Below the pieces are notes generated by a model. It worked only from the letters and a program-made list of their open reading frames with translations, had not been told where the DNA came from and did no database searches. A stretch of 59,640 bases of DNA. It comes from Methanobacteriota archaeon (GTDB lineage: Archaea; JAADCQ01; Methanopyri; Methanopyrales; Methanopyraceae). A program made the translations under genes and the position numbers. Below are positions 8,470 through 18,700 of the stretch, piece by piece. The stretch is from positions 1 through 59,640 of the forward strand of contig JAMOPY010000036.1 in the NCBI GenBank assembly GCA_027064305.1. The letters run 5' to 3'. The stretch's first letter is position 1. Every line of letters begins with the position of its first letter.

Positions 8470-9824
8470 CCTCCCACCTCCCTCAGGCACTCCCTCACCA
8501 GCCGTACGAACTCATCCCTCAACTCCTCCGCACGCTCCCTCGACTCCGCCTCCACCGTGACCCGGACCAGCGGCTCGGTCCCGGACGGCCGAACCAGGGC
8601 CCACCCATCCTCCAGCTCAACCCGAACCCCGTCCACCGTGTCGATCCGATCGTACTCCTCCCGCACGCGCCGCTCGACGCACTCCATCACCCTGGGCTTA
8701 AGCTCCTCCGGGCACTCCACGCTCTCCCTCAGCGTCGGGTACCGAGGCACCTCCTCCAACAGCTCGGACAGCGGCCGATCCTCCTCCACGAGCAGACTCA
8801 CCATCCAGGCCGCGGAGAGCGGGCCGTCCGGGCACAGGTGCACGTCCGGGTGAATCCACGTCCCGTTCGGCTCCCCACCGAACACGCAACCCTCCCGCTT
8901 GATCGCCTCCGCCACGTACACGTCGCCCACCCTCGTCCGGACCACCTCACCGCCCAGCTCCCGCACGACCTCGTCCACCACCATCGAGGCGTCCACGTTG
9001 ACCGCCACCTTGCCCGCGCCCTTCTCCTCCAGGATCCTACGACACACGAGCGCCAGCACCTCGTCGTACCCGGCGAACTCGCCCTCCTCCGTCACGAACA
9101 CGACCCGATCCGCGTCCCCATCGTGCGCGATCCCGAGGTCGGCGCCGACCGACCGCACCGCCCGCATGAGGTCCTCCAGGTGCTCCGGCCGGGGCTCCGG
9201 GTGCCGGCCCGGAAAGTGCCCGTCCAGGTGCGCGTTGAGCGTGATCACCTCGCACCCCATCTCCCGCAGCACCACCGGGGTGACCAGGGCCGACGGGCCG
9301 TTCGCGCAGTCCACCACCACGCGCAGGCCCTCACCGTCCGCGCCCACCTCCTCCAGGATCCGCTCCACGTGCACGCGGGGCGCGCTCCCATCCCCCTCAG
9401 CCTCCCGAAACTCCCGCCACCCCGGGTAGCTCAGCTCGCCGTCCATGAGCTCCTCGATCTCGCGCTCCTGATCCGGGGTGAAGGCCATCCCATCCTCGTT
9501 CCAGAACTTGATCCCGTTGTACTCCGGGGGATTGTGCGAGGCCGTAACCATCACGCCCGCGTCCAGCCCCTCCTCGACCACGTAACAGCCCAGCGTGGGC
9601 GTGCAGACCACGCCCACGTCCACGACCCGACAACCCTGAGAGAGCAGGCCCGCGATCACCGCCGAGGCGATGGCCTGACCGTGCACCCGAGCGTCCCGGC
9701 CCACGGCCACCTCGCCACCGCCCAGGTACTCACCCAGCGCCCGGCCGGCCCGCAACGCGAGCTCCGGCGTCAGGAACTCGCCCACCTTACCCCGGATCCC
9801 GGACGTCCCGAAGTACCTGCCCAA
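8466..9824 (-). CDS. glmM: Phosphoglucosamine mutase
   Basis: 'FGTSGIRG', 'TASHNP', 'DGDADR', 'RPSGTEP'; TTG start at 9824. Confidence 0.85.
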   Translation of the reverse strand: MGRYFGTSGIRGKVGEFLTPELALRAGRALGEYLGGGEVAVGRDARVHGQAIASAVIAGLLSQGCRVVDVGVVCTPTLGCYVVEEGLDAGVMVTASHNPPEYNGIKFWNEDGMAFTPDQEREIEELMDGELSYPGWREFREAEGDGSAPRVHVERILEEVGADGEGLRVVVDCANGPSALVTPVVLREMGCEVITLNAHLDGHFPGRHPEPRPEHLEDLMRAVRSVGADLGIAHDGDADRVVFVTEEGEFAGYDEVLALVCRRILEEKGAGKVAVNVDASMVVDEVVRELGGEVVRTRVGDVYVAEAIKREGCVFGGEPNGTWIHPDVHLCPDGPLSAAWMVSLLVEEDRPLSELLEEVPRYPTLRESVECPEELKPRVMECVERRVREEYDRIDTVDGVRVELEDGWALVRPSGTEPLVRVTVEAESRERAEELRDEFVRLVRECLREVGG

Positions 9825-9836
9825 GGGGGACCCCCC

Positions 9837-10643
9837 GTGCACGCGTTCCTGCTGGCGGGGGACAACGTCGAGCTGGCGTTAATGGAATTAAAGGGCGCGC
9901 TCCGGGCGGAGGTGGGCGAGGGGAAAATTGAGGTTCGGGACCGGGTCGCGGTGGTGAAGGGCCTCACTGACGAGGAGGCGCGCCGCGTCATCCGCCGACT
10001 CGCGCGATCCCACGCGGTCTACCGGCTGGGGGAAGGAGAGCGGAGGCTCAAGGTGGGGGACGAAGTCCACCCGGCCCGACCGCTCGCCCGCCGCGAGAAG
10101 CTCTCGGACCGCAAACCGCACAAGCGCCCCGAGTTCATGCCCGACTCCACGGAACCGTTCCTCGCCCGCGCCCTGGTCAACCTGGCCGAGGCGCGGCGCG
10201 GGGAAAGGCTGCTCGATCCCATGTGCAACGTGGGTGGGATCCTCATCGAGGCCGGCCTGATCGGCTGCGTGCCCGTGGGCGTGGAGGTCCGAAGGGAACT
10301 CGTGAGGCGGGCGGAGCGTAACCTAAGGCACTACGGAATCGAGGAGTACGAGCTGCACGCGGGCCGGGCGGAGGAGGTGGACGAGATCCTGGAAGAACCC
10401 GTGCAGGCCGCCGCCGTGGACCCACCGTACGGTCGGTCCTCGTACATCGAGGGGGGCCCGGTCGAGCGGCTGCTACTGAACACCCTGGACGCACTCTCCG
10501 AGGTCGTCGAGGGCAAGATCGCCCTGACGGTCCCCGAGGAGGCCTGGGAGGAGGTGAGGGAGGGCGTCTCCCGGGTGGAAGCGGAGGTTCGGGACCGCGT
10601 GCACCGAAGCCTCACCAGGATCATCGCCGTGGTGAGACCGTAA
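9837..10643 (+). CDS. Trm11/Trm14-like RNA N2-guanine methyltransferase
   Basis: 'P.LARALVNLA', 'LLDPMC..GGILIEAG', 'DPPYG', 'VHRSLTR'; GTG at 9837. Confidence 0.8.
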   Translation: MHAFLLAGDNVELALMELKGALRAEVGEGKIEVRDRVAVVKGLTDEEARRVIRRLARSHAVYRLGEGERRLKVGDEVHPARPLARREKLSDRKPHKRPEFMPDSTEPFLARALVNLAEARRGERLLDPMCNVGGILIEAGLIGCVPVGVEVRRELVRRAERNLRHYGIEEYELHAGRAEEVDEILEEPVQAAAVDPPYGRSSYIEGGPVERLLLNTLDALSEVVEGKIALTVPEEAWEEVREGVSRVEAEVRDRVHRSLTRIIAVVRP

Positions 10644-10648
10644 CGTTC

Positions 10649-10702
10649 GGATGATGACCGCGGACCGCGCCTGACGCGTGATGAATTTTCGGGGAGCTGA
10701 CA
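10649..10702 (+). ncRNA. Box C/D guide sRNA (canonical boxes)
   Basis: AUGAUGA(10651)-ccgcggaccgcgc-CUGA-cgc-GUGAUGA-auuuucggggag-CUGA(10700) in an intergenic gap. Confidence 0.92.
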
Positions 10703-10707
10703 CCCCC

Positions 10708-12087
10708 TCACAGGAGCCGCCGCAGGTACGTTATCACCGCCCGGGCCCCGGACGTGATTATCCGCTTGAACAGGAACAGCTTGCCCTCGCGCAGGGCATC
10801 CAGCAGGTACCTGGGGTTGAGGTAGTACGAAATGTACGCCCGCTGCAGCAGCCGACCCAACTCCTCCCGGCTCAGGTGCTCGGTCCTCATCACCGGATCC
10901 AGCGTGGTGTACTTGGACCAGTCTCGCACCTCGATTAGCCCCTTCTCCTCGGCTATATCGTACAACGGGGTGCCCGGGTAAGGCGTGCATACCGTGAACT
11001 GTACGTAGTCTGGTCTAACTCGGTGAGCGAACTTAATCGTCCTTAGAACGTCCTCCCTATCCTCCCATGGAAACCCCAGTATGAACGACAGTAGTATCTC
11101 TAATCCGTACCGCTTCGCCACCTTTCTACATCCAATAATATCTCGAACCGTGATCCCTTTGTTAATTTTCTTCAGCGTCTCATCGCTGGCCGACTCCGCC
11201 CCCACGTAAACCGCGGTGCACCCGTGATCACGCAGGATTTTGGCGACCTCGGGCGTGAGCAGGTCCGCCCGCGCGCCGCAGTCCCAGGGGACGTCGATCC
11301 CCTCCTCCCGCATTCCCTCGCAGATCTCCTTCAGCCGGCGCTTGTACACGGTGAACACGTCGTCCACGAACTCGATCCTGTCCACCTTGAGCTCCTCCAC
11401 CAGGTAGCGCAGCTCTTCCACCACGAGCTCCGGGCTCTTCCCCCTCCACCTCGGCCCGAAGAGTCGGGACGAGGCGCAGAAGATGCACCGGAACGGGCAC
11501 CCGCGGCTCGTAATCACCGGGGCGAACCTGACTCCATCCGCCGCGTAGTTATCCAGGTTCACCTTATCGTACGCCGGAATCGGCAGTCGGTCTAGGTCCT
11601 CCGGCTTCCTTCGGTCCGGGTTCCGCACGATCCGGGAGCCGTCCCGGTACGTGACGCCCTCGATGTCGGAGAAGTCGGGCTCGCCCCACCCGTCCACCTC
11701 CTCCAGCACCCGGGTGGTCGTCGTCTCCCCCTCGCCCCGGATGACCACGTCGGCTCGACCCTCCCTCAGGGCCTCCCGGTCCATGAAGGTGGGGTGCGGC
11801 CCGCCCAGGAACACGAACTTACCCAGCTCCTTCGCCAGCCTGGCGACCCGGTAGGCGGACGGGGCCACCGGGGTGGTGGCCGTGATGCCGATCGCGTCGT
11901 ACTTCTTCAGCACGCCGGGCAAGTCCTCCATGCCGACGCCCTCGGCGGGGCAGTCCAGGACGTCCACGTGGAACCCCTCTTCCTCGAGCTTGGCGGCCAG
12001 GTGCACCAGCCCGAGCGGGAACGAGGAGACCCCGAGCACCCGGGCGATGTTATCCTCGAACGGCGGCTGAACGAGCAGCACCTTCAT
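10708..12087 (-). CDS. B12-binding radical SAM protein
   Basis: N-terminal 'PLGL..LAA', 'GGPHPT', 'GEGE'; 'TSRGCPFRCIFC'; 'TPYPGT'. Confidence 0.9.
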   Translation of the reverse strand: MKVLLVQPPFEDNIARVLGVSSFPLGLVHLAAKLEEEGFHVDVLDCPAEGVGMEDLPGVLKKYDAIGITATTPVAPSAYRVARLAKELGKFVFLGGPHPTFMDREALREGRADVVIRGEGETTTTRVLEEVDGWGEPDFSDIEGVTYRDGSRIVRNPDRRKPEDLDRLPIPAYDKVNLDNYAADGVRFAPVITSRGCPFRCIFCASSRLFGPRWRGKSPELVVEELRYLVEELKVDRIEFVDDVFTVYKRRLKEICEGMREEGIDVPWDCGARADLLTPEVAKILRDHGCTAVYVGAESASDETLKKINKGITVRDIIGCRKVAKRYGLEILLSFILGFPWEDREDVLRTIKFAHRVRPDYVQFTVCTPYPGTPLYDIAEEKGLIEVRDWSKYTTLDPVMRTEHLSREELGRLLQRAYISYYLNPRYLLDALREGKLFLFKRIITSGARAVITYLRRLL

Positions 12088-13490
12088 TCCTCGGATCCCC
12101 CGGCCACGACGCACCCGGGGTCCGGGCCGCGCACGTCGCCCGTGATCGCGTAGGCGCGGGCCCTGCACCCGCCGCACACGTACCGGAACTCGCACTCACC
12201 GCACGGGTCCTTCAGCCCGTCGCGGTCCCGGCACGCCCAGAAGACCTCGTGATCCCACAGATCCTCCGGGTCGTCCTCCAGGATGTTCCCCACCTTGACC
12301 GGCAGGAACACGCACGGCTGCACGTCGCCGTTCGGTCGGATGGCCATCAGGAACCGACCGGCCCCGCACCCGCCCAGGAACTCCAGCAGCGGCTCGATCC
12401 ACCTACCCTTCCCCGCGTACGCGAAGTGCGTGCCGTAGAGAATCTCCGAGTCGCCCGCCTCGTTCATATCCAGGCTCACGCGGGCCATCTGCGGCGCGGT
12501 GGAGTAGATCAGGATGTCCCGATCGGAGGCCTCCCGGACGAGCGTGCGGAGCACCTCCTCCCGCAGCTCCGGCGGCAGGTCCAGCTCCCGTCGGAATCGA
12601 CCCTGCCCCGTGGGGATGAAGTTGAACACGGCCACGCCGTCGACCCCGAGGTCCTCGGCCAGGTCCAGCAGCCTTGGGATCTCGCTCACGTTGTTTCGGT
12701 GCACGGTGAAGGCGATGACGGTCATCATGTCCGTCTCGACGCAGTGGCGGATGCCTTCCACCGCGCGCTCCCAGGCACCCTTCACGCCGCGAAACCGGTC
12801 GTGCGTCTCGGGATCGGCCCCGTCCAGGCTGATCTCCACGTACTCCACGCCGGCGGCCTCCAGCCGCTCCGCCGTGTCCCGGTCGATGAGGGTCCCGTTC
12901 GTGGCGAGGGCCGTGAACATGCCCTCGTCGGCGGAGGCCTCCGCCAGCTCGAAGAAGTCATCCCGCATCAGGGGCTCGCCGCCGGAGAACGCCAGTCCTG
13001 GCACGTTCCACCCCGAGAGCCGCTCGATGACCTCAAGGGCCCTCTCGGTGTTCAGCTCCCCGGGCGCGGGTCGGCCCGCGTTCGAGTAGCAGTGCTTGCA
13101 GCGCAGGTTGCACAGCCCTGTCACGTCCCAGATCGCCATGTACGGGGCGGAGGGGACGAAGGGTTTCCGGACCCCGTACCGGTAGATGCCCAGCAGCGTC
13201 ACCGCGATCCCGCGCCGGTACGAGTCCGCCGATAGCATCTCCCTGAGCCGCTCCTCCCCTACGCCGACCGCTCCGGCCGTCTTCTCCAGGAACTTCCGCA
13301 CCAGCCGGGCCGCGGTCCTGCACTTCCAGCACGCGTCCTCCCGGTCGCCGTAGGCCACGTCCAGCGCGACCTTGATGCGCACGTCCCCACACGACTCGCA
13401 CCGCTTGACGCCCATCTTCATCAGCTTCCGGCCGGGGCCCGAGCTCAGCACCTTGTCCAGGACTCGGACGAACTCCCCAACCTTCGTCAT
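12084..13490 (-). CDS. Radical SAM/SPASM protein with N-terminal Cys-containing extension
   Basis: 'CNLRCKHC', 'SGGEPL', SPASM 'CGAG...PC...CGECEFRYVCGGCRARA...DPGC'. Confidence 0.88.
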   Translation of the reverse strand: MTKVGEFVRVLDKVLSSGPGRKLMKMGVKRCESCGDVRIKVALDVAYGDREDACWKCRTAARLVRKFLEKTAGAVGVGEERLREMLSADSYRRGIAVTLLGIYRYGVRKPFVPSAPYMAIWDVTGLCNLRCKHCYSNAGRPAPGELNTERALEVIERLSGWNVPGLAFSGGEPLMRDDFFELAEASADEGMFTALATNGTLIDRDTAERLEAAGVEYVEISLDGADPETHDRFRGVKGAWERAVEGIRHCVETDMMTVIAFTVHRNNVSEIPRLLDLAEDLGVDGVAVFNFIPTGQGRFRRELDLPPELREEVLRTLVREASDRDILIYSTAPQMARVSLDMNEAGDSEILYGTHFAYAGKGRWIEPLLEFLGGCGAGRFLMAIRPNGDVQPCVFLPVKVGNILEDDPEDLWDHEVFWACRDRDGLKDPCGECEFRYVCGGCRARAYAITGDVRGPDPGCVVAGGSEE

Positions 13491-13507
13491 GACGGGATGC
13501 ACCTCCG

Positions 13508-14596
13508 CTAGTACACCTTCACGGGCTCGTAGAGCGTGGTGCGCTGCACGGGGGTGAACCCCGCCTCGCGGATGATCTCCACCATCTCCTCGGGCTCGAG
13601 ACGCTCGCCCTCGGTCGCCCCCGCCTCCCGCGAGATGTTCTCCTCCATGAGCGTCCCACCCAGGTCGTTCGCGCCCGCGTGCAGGGCGGCCTGGGCGAGC
13701 TTGACCCCCAGCTTGACCCACGAGGCCTGGACGTTCGGGATCACGGGTCCCAGGTACAGGCGCGCGACGGCGTGCACTAGCAAGTCGGTCATCCCGGAGA
13801 CGCCGGGCCGGGCTTGACCCTCCCGGTACAGCGGCGAGTTCGCGTGCACGAACGAGAGCGGGACAAACTCCGTGAACCCGCCCGTGTCCTCCTGGATGCT
13901 CCGAAGCCGCTTAAGGTGATCGATCCAGTCGCGCGGGGAGTCCACGTGGCCGTACATCATCGTGCAGGTGGTCGGGATGCCCATCTCGTGCGCCGTCCGA
14001 ACGATCCGCTCCCACTCGTCCGCGTCGATCTTGTCCGGGCAGATCCGCCTGCGAACCCGGGGGGAGAAGATCTCCGCCGCCGTGCCCGGCATCGAGTCCA
14101 GCCCGGCCCGCTTCAGCTCCCGTAACACCTCCTCGAGCTCCTCACCGGCCAGCCGGCAGCAGTACTTGACCTCCATCGGGGAGTAACCGTGGACGTGAAT
14201 GTCCGGGGCCTGCGACTTGATCTCCTCCAGGATCTCCAGGTAGTACTCGAACGTGGCGTCAGGGTGCAGCGCGCCCTGCACGCAGACCTCCGTCGCCCCC
14301 CGGTCCCGGGCCTCGGCCGCCCGCTCCCCCACCTCCTCGGGCGACATCATGTAGGCGTCCGGGTCGTCCGGGTCCCGCCGGAACGCGCAGAACCTGCACC
14401 GGTTAATGCACACGTTGGTGAAGTTAATGTTTCGATTCACAACGAACGTAACCTGCTCCCCGACCAGCCTCAGCCGGGCCTCGTGCGCGGCCTCCAGCAC
14501 CTTGTACGGGTTGATCTTCCCCTCCAGCGCCCGCAGCGCGGTCCCCTCGTCGATCCCGCCCGACACCGCCATGTTGACCAGCTCGTCCACGCTCAC
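13508..14596 (-). CDS. cofH: FO synthase subunit 2
   Basis: 'NRNINFTNVC..RCRFCAF', 'SMPGTAAEI', 'GGFTEFVPL', 'GANDLGGTLMEE'; adjacent to cofG. Confidence 0.92.
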   Translation of the reverse strand: MSVDELVNMAVSGGIDEGTALRALEGKINPYKVLEAAHEARLRLVGEQVTFVVNRNINFTNVCINRCRFCAFRRDPDDPDAYMMSPEEVGERAAEARDRGATEVCVQGALHPDATFEYYLEILEEIKSQAPDIHVHGYSPMEVKYCCRLAGEELEEVLRELKRAGLDSMPGTAAEIFSPRVRRRICPDKIDADEWERIVRTAHEMGIPTTCTMMYGHVDSPRDWIDHLKRLRSIQEDTGGFTEFVPLSFVHANSPLYREGQARPGVSGMTDLLVHAVARLYLGPVIPNVQASWVKLGVKLAQAALHAGANDLGGTLMEENISREAGATEGERLEPEEMVEIIREAGFTPVQRTTLYEPVKVY

Positions 14597-14603
14597 GTCG
14601 TCC

Positions 14604-15686
14604 TCATCCTCCCGCCGCGAACCCCTCCTCGTCCGCGAGCTCCTCGATGAGGTCCGCGAGGTTCGCATGGTACCAGCCCCTACGCACGTACTCCGGGTAT
14701 ATGGGCAGGCGCTCCCGTAGCCGTAGTCCCACCTCCTCGGTGAGTCTTTTCAGCTCTTCAATCTCCGGCCACGGGGCCTCGGGATTCACGTAATCCTTCG
14801 TGACCGGGGAGACGCCGCCCCAGTCGTTGGCCCCCGCCAGCAGCGCCAGCTGCCCGGTCTCCCGGTTCAGGTTGGGCGGCACCTGCACCGGCACGTCCGG
14901 GAGCGTGAGCCGCGCCCACGCCACCGTCCTGAGCAGGTCCGCCGGCGTCGGCTCCGGGTGATCCTCCATCGGGATCCCCGGCTTGGCCCGGAAATTCTGG
15001 ACGATCACCTCCTGCACGTGCCCGTACCGCTCGTGCAGCTCGCGGATCCTCTCCAGCGTCTCCACCCGCTCCTCCCACGTCTCCCCGATCCCGATGAGGA
15101 TCCCGGTGGTGAACGGGACCTTCAACCGCCCCGCGTGCTTGAGCACCCGCAGCCGCTCCTCCGGCCGCTTGCCCGGCGAGCGCTCGTGCGGCCCACCCTC
15201 CCCGCACAGTCGGTCCGAGAGGATCTCCATCATCAGGCCCAGGCTCGCGTTCCACCGGCGCAGCTTCCGCATCTCCGACCGGGTGATCACCCCGGGGTTG
15301 CTGTGCGGAAGCATTCGGTACTCCTCCACGCACCGCCGGCACAGGTCGACCAGGTACTCGATCGTGCTCGAGTACCCGTGCTCCTCCAGCCACTCCAGCG
15401 CCTCGTCGTACCGCTCCTCGGGCCGCTCCCCGAACGTGAACAGGACCTCCTTGCAGCCGGCGCGCCGGCCCGCCTCCACTATCTTGAAAACCTCCTCCGG
15501 GGGGAGGTAGGGGGACTCCACCTCGTCCGGCTCCCGCCGGAACGTGCAGTACCGGCACCGGTTCCGGCAGAGCCTCGTCAGCGGTACGAACACGTTCTTC
15601 GAGTAGGAGACCACGTTACCGAACCTTTTTCGGGCCACCTCGTGGGCGCGCCGCATCAGGTCCAGCAGCTCCGACCCGACGACCAC
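14604..15686 (-). CDS. cofG: FO synthase subunit 1
   Basis: 'YSKNVFVPLTRLCRNRCRYC', 'PFTTGILIGIGE', 'QVPPNL', 'DWGGVSP'. Confidence 0.93.
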   Translation of the reverse strand: MVVGSELLDLMRRAHEVARKRFGNVVSYSKNVFVPLTRLCRNRCRYCTFRREPDEVESPYLPPEEVFKIVEAGRRAGCKEVLFTFGERPEERYDEALEWLEEHGYSSTIEYLVDLCRRCVEEYRMLPHSNPGVITRSEMRKLRRWNASLGLMMEILSDRLCGEGGPHERSPGKRPEERLRVLKHAGRLKVPFTTGILIGIGETWEERVETLERIRELHERYGHVQEVIVQNFRAKPGIPMEDHPEPTPADLLRTVAWARLTLPDVPVQVPPNLNRETGQLALLAGANDWGGVSPVTKDYVNPEAPWPEIEELKRLTEEVGLRLRERLPIYPEYVRRGWYHANLADLIEELADEEGFAAGG

Positions 15687-15715
15687 CGGGACCGCCCCCA
15701 GACGGGGGTCTGGGG

Positions 15716-18700
15716 TTGGAGCCCGGCCCCGAGCTGGAGCGCGAGATCCAGGAGCGCTGGGAGCGGGAGGACCTGCTGGGTAAGGTCCGCGAGAGGAACC
15801 GGGACGGGCCCATCTTTTACTTCCTGGACGGGCCCCCGTACGCCAGCGGCTCGATCCACCTGGGCACCGCCTGGAACAAGATCATCAAGGACGCCGTCAA
15901 CCGGTACCGGCTCATGCGCGGGTACCGGGTCCGCCTGCAGCCCGGCTGGGACTGCCACGGCCTCCCGATCGAGGTGAAGGTCGAGCAGGAGGTCCTCTCG
16001 GACGAGATCGAGTGCAAGAAGGACATCGAGGAGAAGGTCGGCGTCGACCGGTTCGTCGAGAAGTGCAAGGAGTTCGCCCTCAAGCACGTCGAGATCATGA
16101 CGGAGCAGTTCAAGCGCCTCGGCGTCCTGATGGATTGGGACCACCCGTACATGACCCTGGACAACGAGTACATCGAGGGCGCCTGGTACACGCTCAAGCG
16201 CGCCCACGAGCGCGGCCTCCTCGCCCGCGACGTGCGCATCGTCAACTGGTGCCCCCGGTGCGAGACCGCGCTCGCCGACCACGAGGTCGAGTACAAGGAG
16301 ATCGAGGACCCCTCCATCTTCGTCCTGTTCCCCGTCGAGGACGACTCGGAGGCCGAGGTGGACCTGCCCGACAACGCCGCCCTGCTGATCTGGACGACCA
16401 CGCCCTGGACCCTGCCGGCCAACCTGGCCGTCGCCGTGCACCCCGAGGAGGAGTACGTGCTCGCGCGCGCCGAGGTGAACGGCGAGGAGTGGCACCTCAT
16501 CGTCGCGGACAAGCTCAAGGTCGTCCTCTCCGCCGTGGCGGACTCGTACGAGATCGTGGACCGGTTTCCGGGCGAGGCGCTCGAGGGCGTGCGCTACCGG
16601 CCCGCCCTCTGGGACGAGGTGCCCCGGCTCCGCGAGCTGCACGGGGAGAACGACCGCGTCCACCGGGTTTACACCGCCGAGTGGGTCACGATGGAGGAGG
16701 GCACGGGCTGCGTCCACGTCGCCCCCGGTCACGGTGAGGAGGACTTCGAGCTGGGCCGCGAGGTCGGGCTGCCCCCGCACTGCCCCGTGGCCGAGGACGG
16801 CACGTTCACCGAGGAGGGCGGCCGGTACGAGGGCCTCTACGTGCGCGACGCGAACGAGCGGATCATCGAGGACCTGCGGGAGAAGGGCCTCCTCGCGCAC
16901 GAGGACACGGTTAGGCACCGGTACGGCCACTGCTGGCGGTGCAAGACCCCCATCATCTACCGCGCCACCGAGCAGTGGTTCCTGAAGGTGACCGAGGTCA
17001 AGGACGAGATGCTGGATTGGATCGAGCGGGTCGAGTGGATCCCCGAGTGGGCGGGTCACTCGCGGTTCAGGGACTGGGTCGAGAACGCGCGGGACTGGTG
17101 CATCTCCCGGCAGCGGTACTGGGGCATCCCGCTGCCCGTCTGGGAGTGCGAGGAGTGCGGACACCTCGAGGTCGTCGGCTCGCTCGACGAGCTGAAGGAG
17201 AAGGCCAGGGAGCTGCCCGACGGCGAGCCGGACCTCCACCGGCCCTGGGTCGACCGGGTGATCCTCGAGTGCCCGGAGTGCGGCGGCGAGATGCGGCGCG
17301 TGCCGGACGTGCTGGACGTCTGGGTCGACTCCGGCGTCGCCGCCTGGGCCTCCCTGGGGTACCCGAGGCGCCGGGACGAGTTCGAGGAGTGGTTCCTCAA
17401 GGAGGGCTCCTGCCGCCCGGAGGACGAGGAGGCGGGCGCTGACTTCATCACCGAGGGTCACGACCAGACCCGCGGCTGGTTCTACTCGCAGCTCGGCTGC
17501 GGCGTGATCACGTTCGGCGCGTGCCCGTACCGCACCGTCCTCATGCACGGGTTCACGCTGGACGAGGAAGGCCGCAAGATGAGCAAGTCGCTCGGCAACG
17601 TGGTCGACCCCATGGACATCGTGGAGGAGTACGGCGCCGACACGCTCCGGTGGTACGTCCTGCGGTCCAACGCCCCGTGGCGCGACATGCACTTCAGCTG
17701 GCGGGACGTGCGCGACACGCACCGCGCCCTGAACGTGCTCTGGAACGCCTACCGGTTCACCAAGATGTACTCCGAGCTGGACGGGTTCGACCCGGAGGAG
17801 CACCCGCTGGAGGAGCTCGAGGAGCACCTGCAGCCGGAGGACCGGTGGCTCCTGTCCCGGATCCACACCCTCGTCCGCGAGGTAACGGACGCGATGGAAC
17901 GGTACCACGTGCACGAGGCCGCCCGCGCCCTGTACGAGTTCGTAACCGAGGACCTCAGCCGCTGGTACATCCGACTGGTCCGAGAGCGCGTCTGGCTCGA
18001 GCGCGACGACCCGCGCAAGCTCGCCGTGTACGCGGTCCTGTACCACGCGTTCGACCGCCTCGTGAGGCTGCTGAACCCGATCGTGCCGCACGTGGCCGAG
18101 CACATCTACCGGGACCTACTCCGGGGCGAGGACGACCCGGAGAGCGTCCAGCTCCTCGACTGGCCCGAGCCCGAGGAGGGATGGATAGACGAGGAACTGG
18201 AGGAGGCCATGGAGACCGTGCGCGACGCCGCCGAGGCGGCGCTCTCCCTGCGGCAGCGGGCCGGGGTCAAGACCCGGTGGCCGCTGCGGAGGCTGTTCGT
18301 GGAGGTGGAGGACCCGGAGCGGCTCGAGGACCTTCGGGACGTGCTGGCCCGGGTGGTCAACGTCAAGGAGGTCGAACTGGGCGAGCGGTTCGAGGAGAAG
18401 GTCCCGGTCGCGCGGCCCCGACCGGACAAGATCGGGCCCGAGTTCCGGGACCTTGCCGGACGGATCATCCGGCACGTGGAGGAGCACAGCGAGGAGGTCG
18501 CCCGGGCGATCCTGGAATCGGGCGAGTACCGGACGGAGGTGGACGGGGAAGAGATCATCCTCACGGAGGAGCACGTGGAGATCGAGGAGCGGCTGCCCGA
18601 GGGCTGGGCGTCCGCCGAGTTCGAAGGGGGTCGGGTGTACCTGTACACCGAGATGGACGAGGAGCTGCGCCGGGAGGCGTGGGCGCGGGAGGTCATCCGA

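Noticed and set aside
15656-18103. Very long antisense or alternate-frame ORFs (e.g. 815 aa opposite ileS, 876 aa at 24007-26637, 766 aa at 53354-55654)
   Set aside because: Shadow ORFs of high-GC coding DNA; low-complexity R/G/P or H/L/V composition and full overlap with well-supported genes
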